Of a DNA stretch of 64,000 nt, positions 63,090-64,000 are shown in pieces; the stretch's first letter is position 1; each line of letters begins with the position of its first letter. The stretch comes from Candidatus Thorarchaeota archaeon (GTDB taxonomy: Archaea; Asgardarchaeota; Thorarchaeia; Thorarchaeales; Thorarchaeaceae), in assembly GCA_003345595.1 (NCBI GenBank), contig PRDI01000039.1, forward strand, positions 10,875 through 74,874, written 5' to 3'. The translations under genes and the position numbers were made by a program. The notes under the pieces are model-generated. The model was not told the DNA's origin, ran no database searches, and saw only the letters and a list, made by a program, of their open reading frames with translations.

Positions 63090-63625
63090 AACAAACCCCT
63101 TCGCTCCTCGGACTAGAGCCGAGAGCGTCGAGCGATTCACTGCAACGTACAGGCTCAAATCATCGTTCAAAGCAGAACGCCACTCTTCGTGCCGACGATG
63201 AAGAAGCAACTATATCATTACTGAAACATATCGAACGACCGAGGGCTTGGCAGAGCATGAGTGTAACAAGGTTTAGAGCCGATGTCAAAGCTGGTAGCAA
63301 GCGCCCCGGGGGCCTTGCTCTCCTCGCATCTACCATTGCGGCGACCAAGTAGCACCTCCGCAATCATTTTCAATACGCCCCCAAGCCAGCGGGTACGACT
63401 GTTGTGTCGACAGCCGTGTCGCTAGACGCTCTGCCTCGCGGTTTCTGCATCCCGGATAGCATGCCGCAGGGCGAGTGATAGGTATAGCAGCCGGGCGGCC
63501 CGAACGGTTGTGAGGGATGGCCAGTGGTCCCTTTCTAGAGGGTCCTGCTAATAATGGGATGCACACGAAGTAGGAACACAGGAACAGTGCCAAGCTTATT
63601 AGACGTCATCAGGTAATAGAAGGGT

Positions 63626-64000
63626 GTGAACACAGATAACACAGAACGTCCGGAGGGCAGTAAACCGCACGAGGTAGGCAAACGCCGGGTGGGGCAGAGG
63701 ACTTTGACTAGCGACCTTGAGCATACAGAACACACCAAGTTGGATGAGGCCAATGTGAGGAGATACCTGAAGAGGAGGCAGAAGAGTTTCAATAGGCAGA
63801 TGGACAGATATCTCATCAGGGAGCTTGACAACATCTATGCGGGGCGGTCTGATGCCTTCCACAGGCTACGGGAAGGAGAGAGCTTCAGTCAGTATTGGCG
63901 TTCCAGGGACTCCGTGGTCCCGAATCACAAAGCCCATGTCGTGTTCACGAAGAAGGACGGCAAGCCTGTCATCACAATCCTCGACACCGCTATTCCCGAC
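63626..64000 (+). CDS. Hypothetical protein, truncated by the window end
   Basis: Frame open from GTG 63626 to the end of the window (…LDEANVRRYLKRRQKSFNRQMDRYLIRELD…); start uncertain. Confidence 0.5.
   Translation, partial: MNTDNTERPEGSKPHEVGKRRVGQRTLTSDLEHTEHTKLDEANVRRYLKRRQKSFNRQMDRYLIRELDNIYAGRSDAFHRLREGESFSQYWRSRDSVVPNHKAHVVFTKKDGKPVITILDTAIPD

Noticed and set aside
63210-63625. Possible ncRNA or tRNA in the GC-rich intergenic stretch
   Set aside because: I could not identify a cloverleaf, T-loop consensus or known RNA motif by eye; a covariance-model search would be needed

Overview
Gene-dense archaeal chromosomal window. It is most likely from an Asgard archaeon (Thorarchaeia-like); this is inferred from a longin-small GTPase fusion, a Vps22/EAP30-like domain, eS25 with a KKW motif, an archaeal histone and a 3874-aa Ig-repeat surface protein. 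Housekeeping genes include GluRS, ThiI, AlaX, a GlmU-like nucleotidyltransferase, malic enzyme, RFC-S, two BCP peroxiredoxins, two RIO kinases and a bacterial-type XPB. The best candidate for an undescribed system is at 58.5-62.7 kb: a PqqD(RRE)-radical SAM-SPASM maturase sits divergently from a DUF2207-like membrane protein whose probably cytoplasmic C-terminus is an 11-Cys/9-His (CHSA)n tail with two CX3D motifs, resembling a membrane-tethered ranthipeptide substrate. Other notable features: (1) a eukaryote-signature cluster at 5.8-11.6 kb (Zn finger, longin/uDENN-wHTH, longin-GTPase, SHOCT-like protein, large Vps22 fusion); (2) a cytoplasmic domain shared by the giant surface protein and a small stand-alone membrane protein; (3) three tandem paralogous unknown membrane proteins; (4) catalytically degenerate RadA and Cdc6 paralogs; (5) an XPB plus p52/Tfb2-like pair. 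I recognised no tRNA, rRNA, CRISPR array or transposase. All assignments are from motif recognition by eye; no searches were run.
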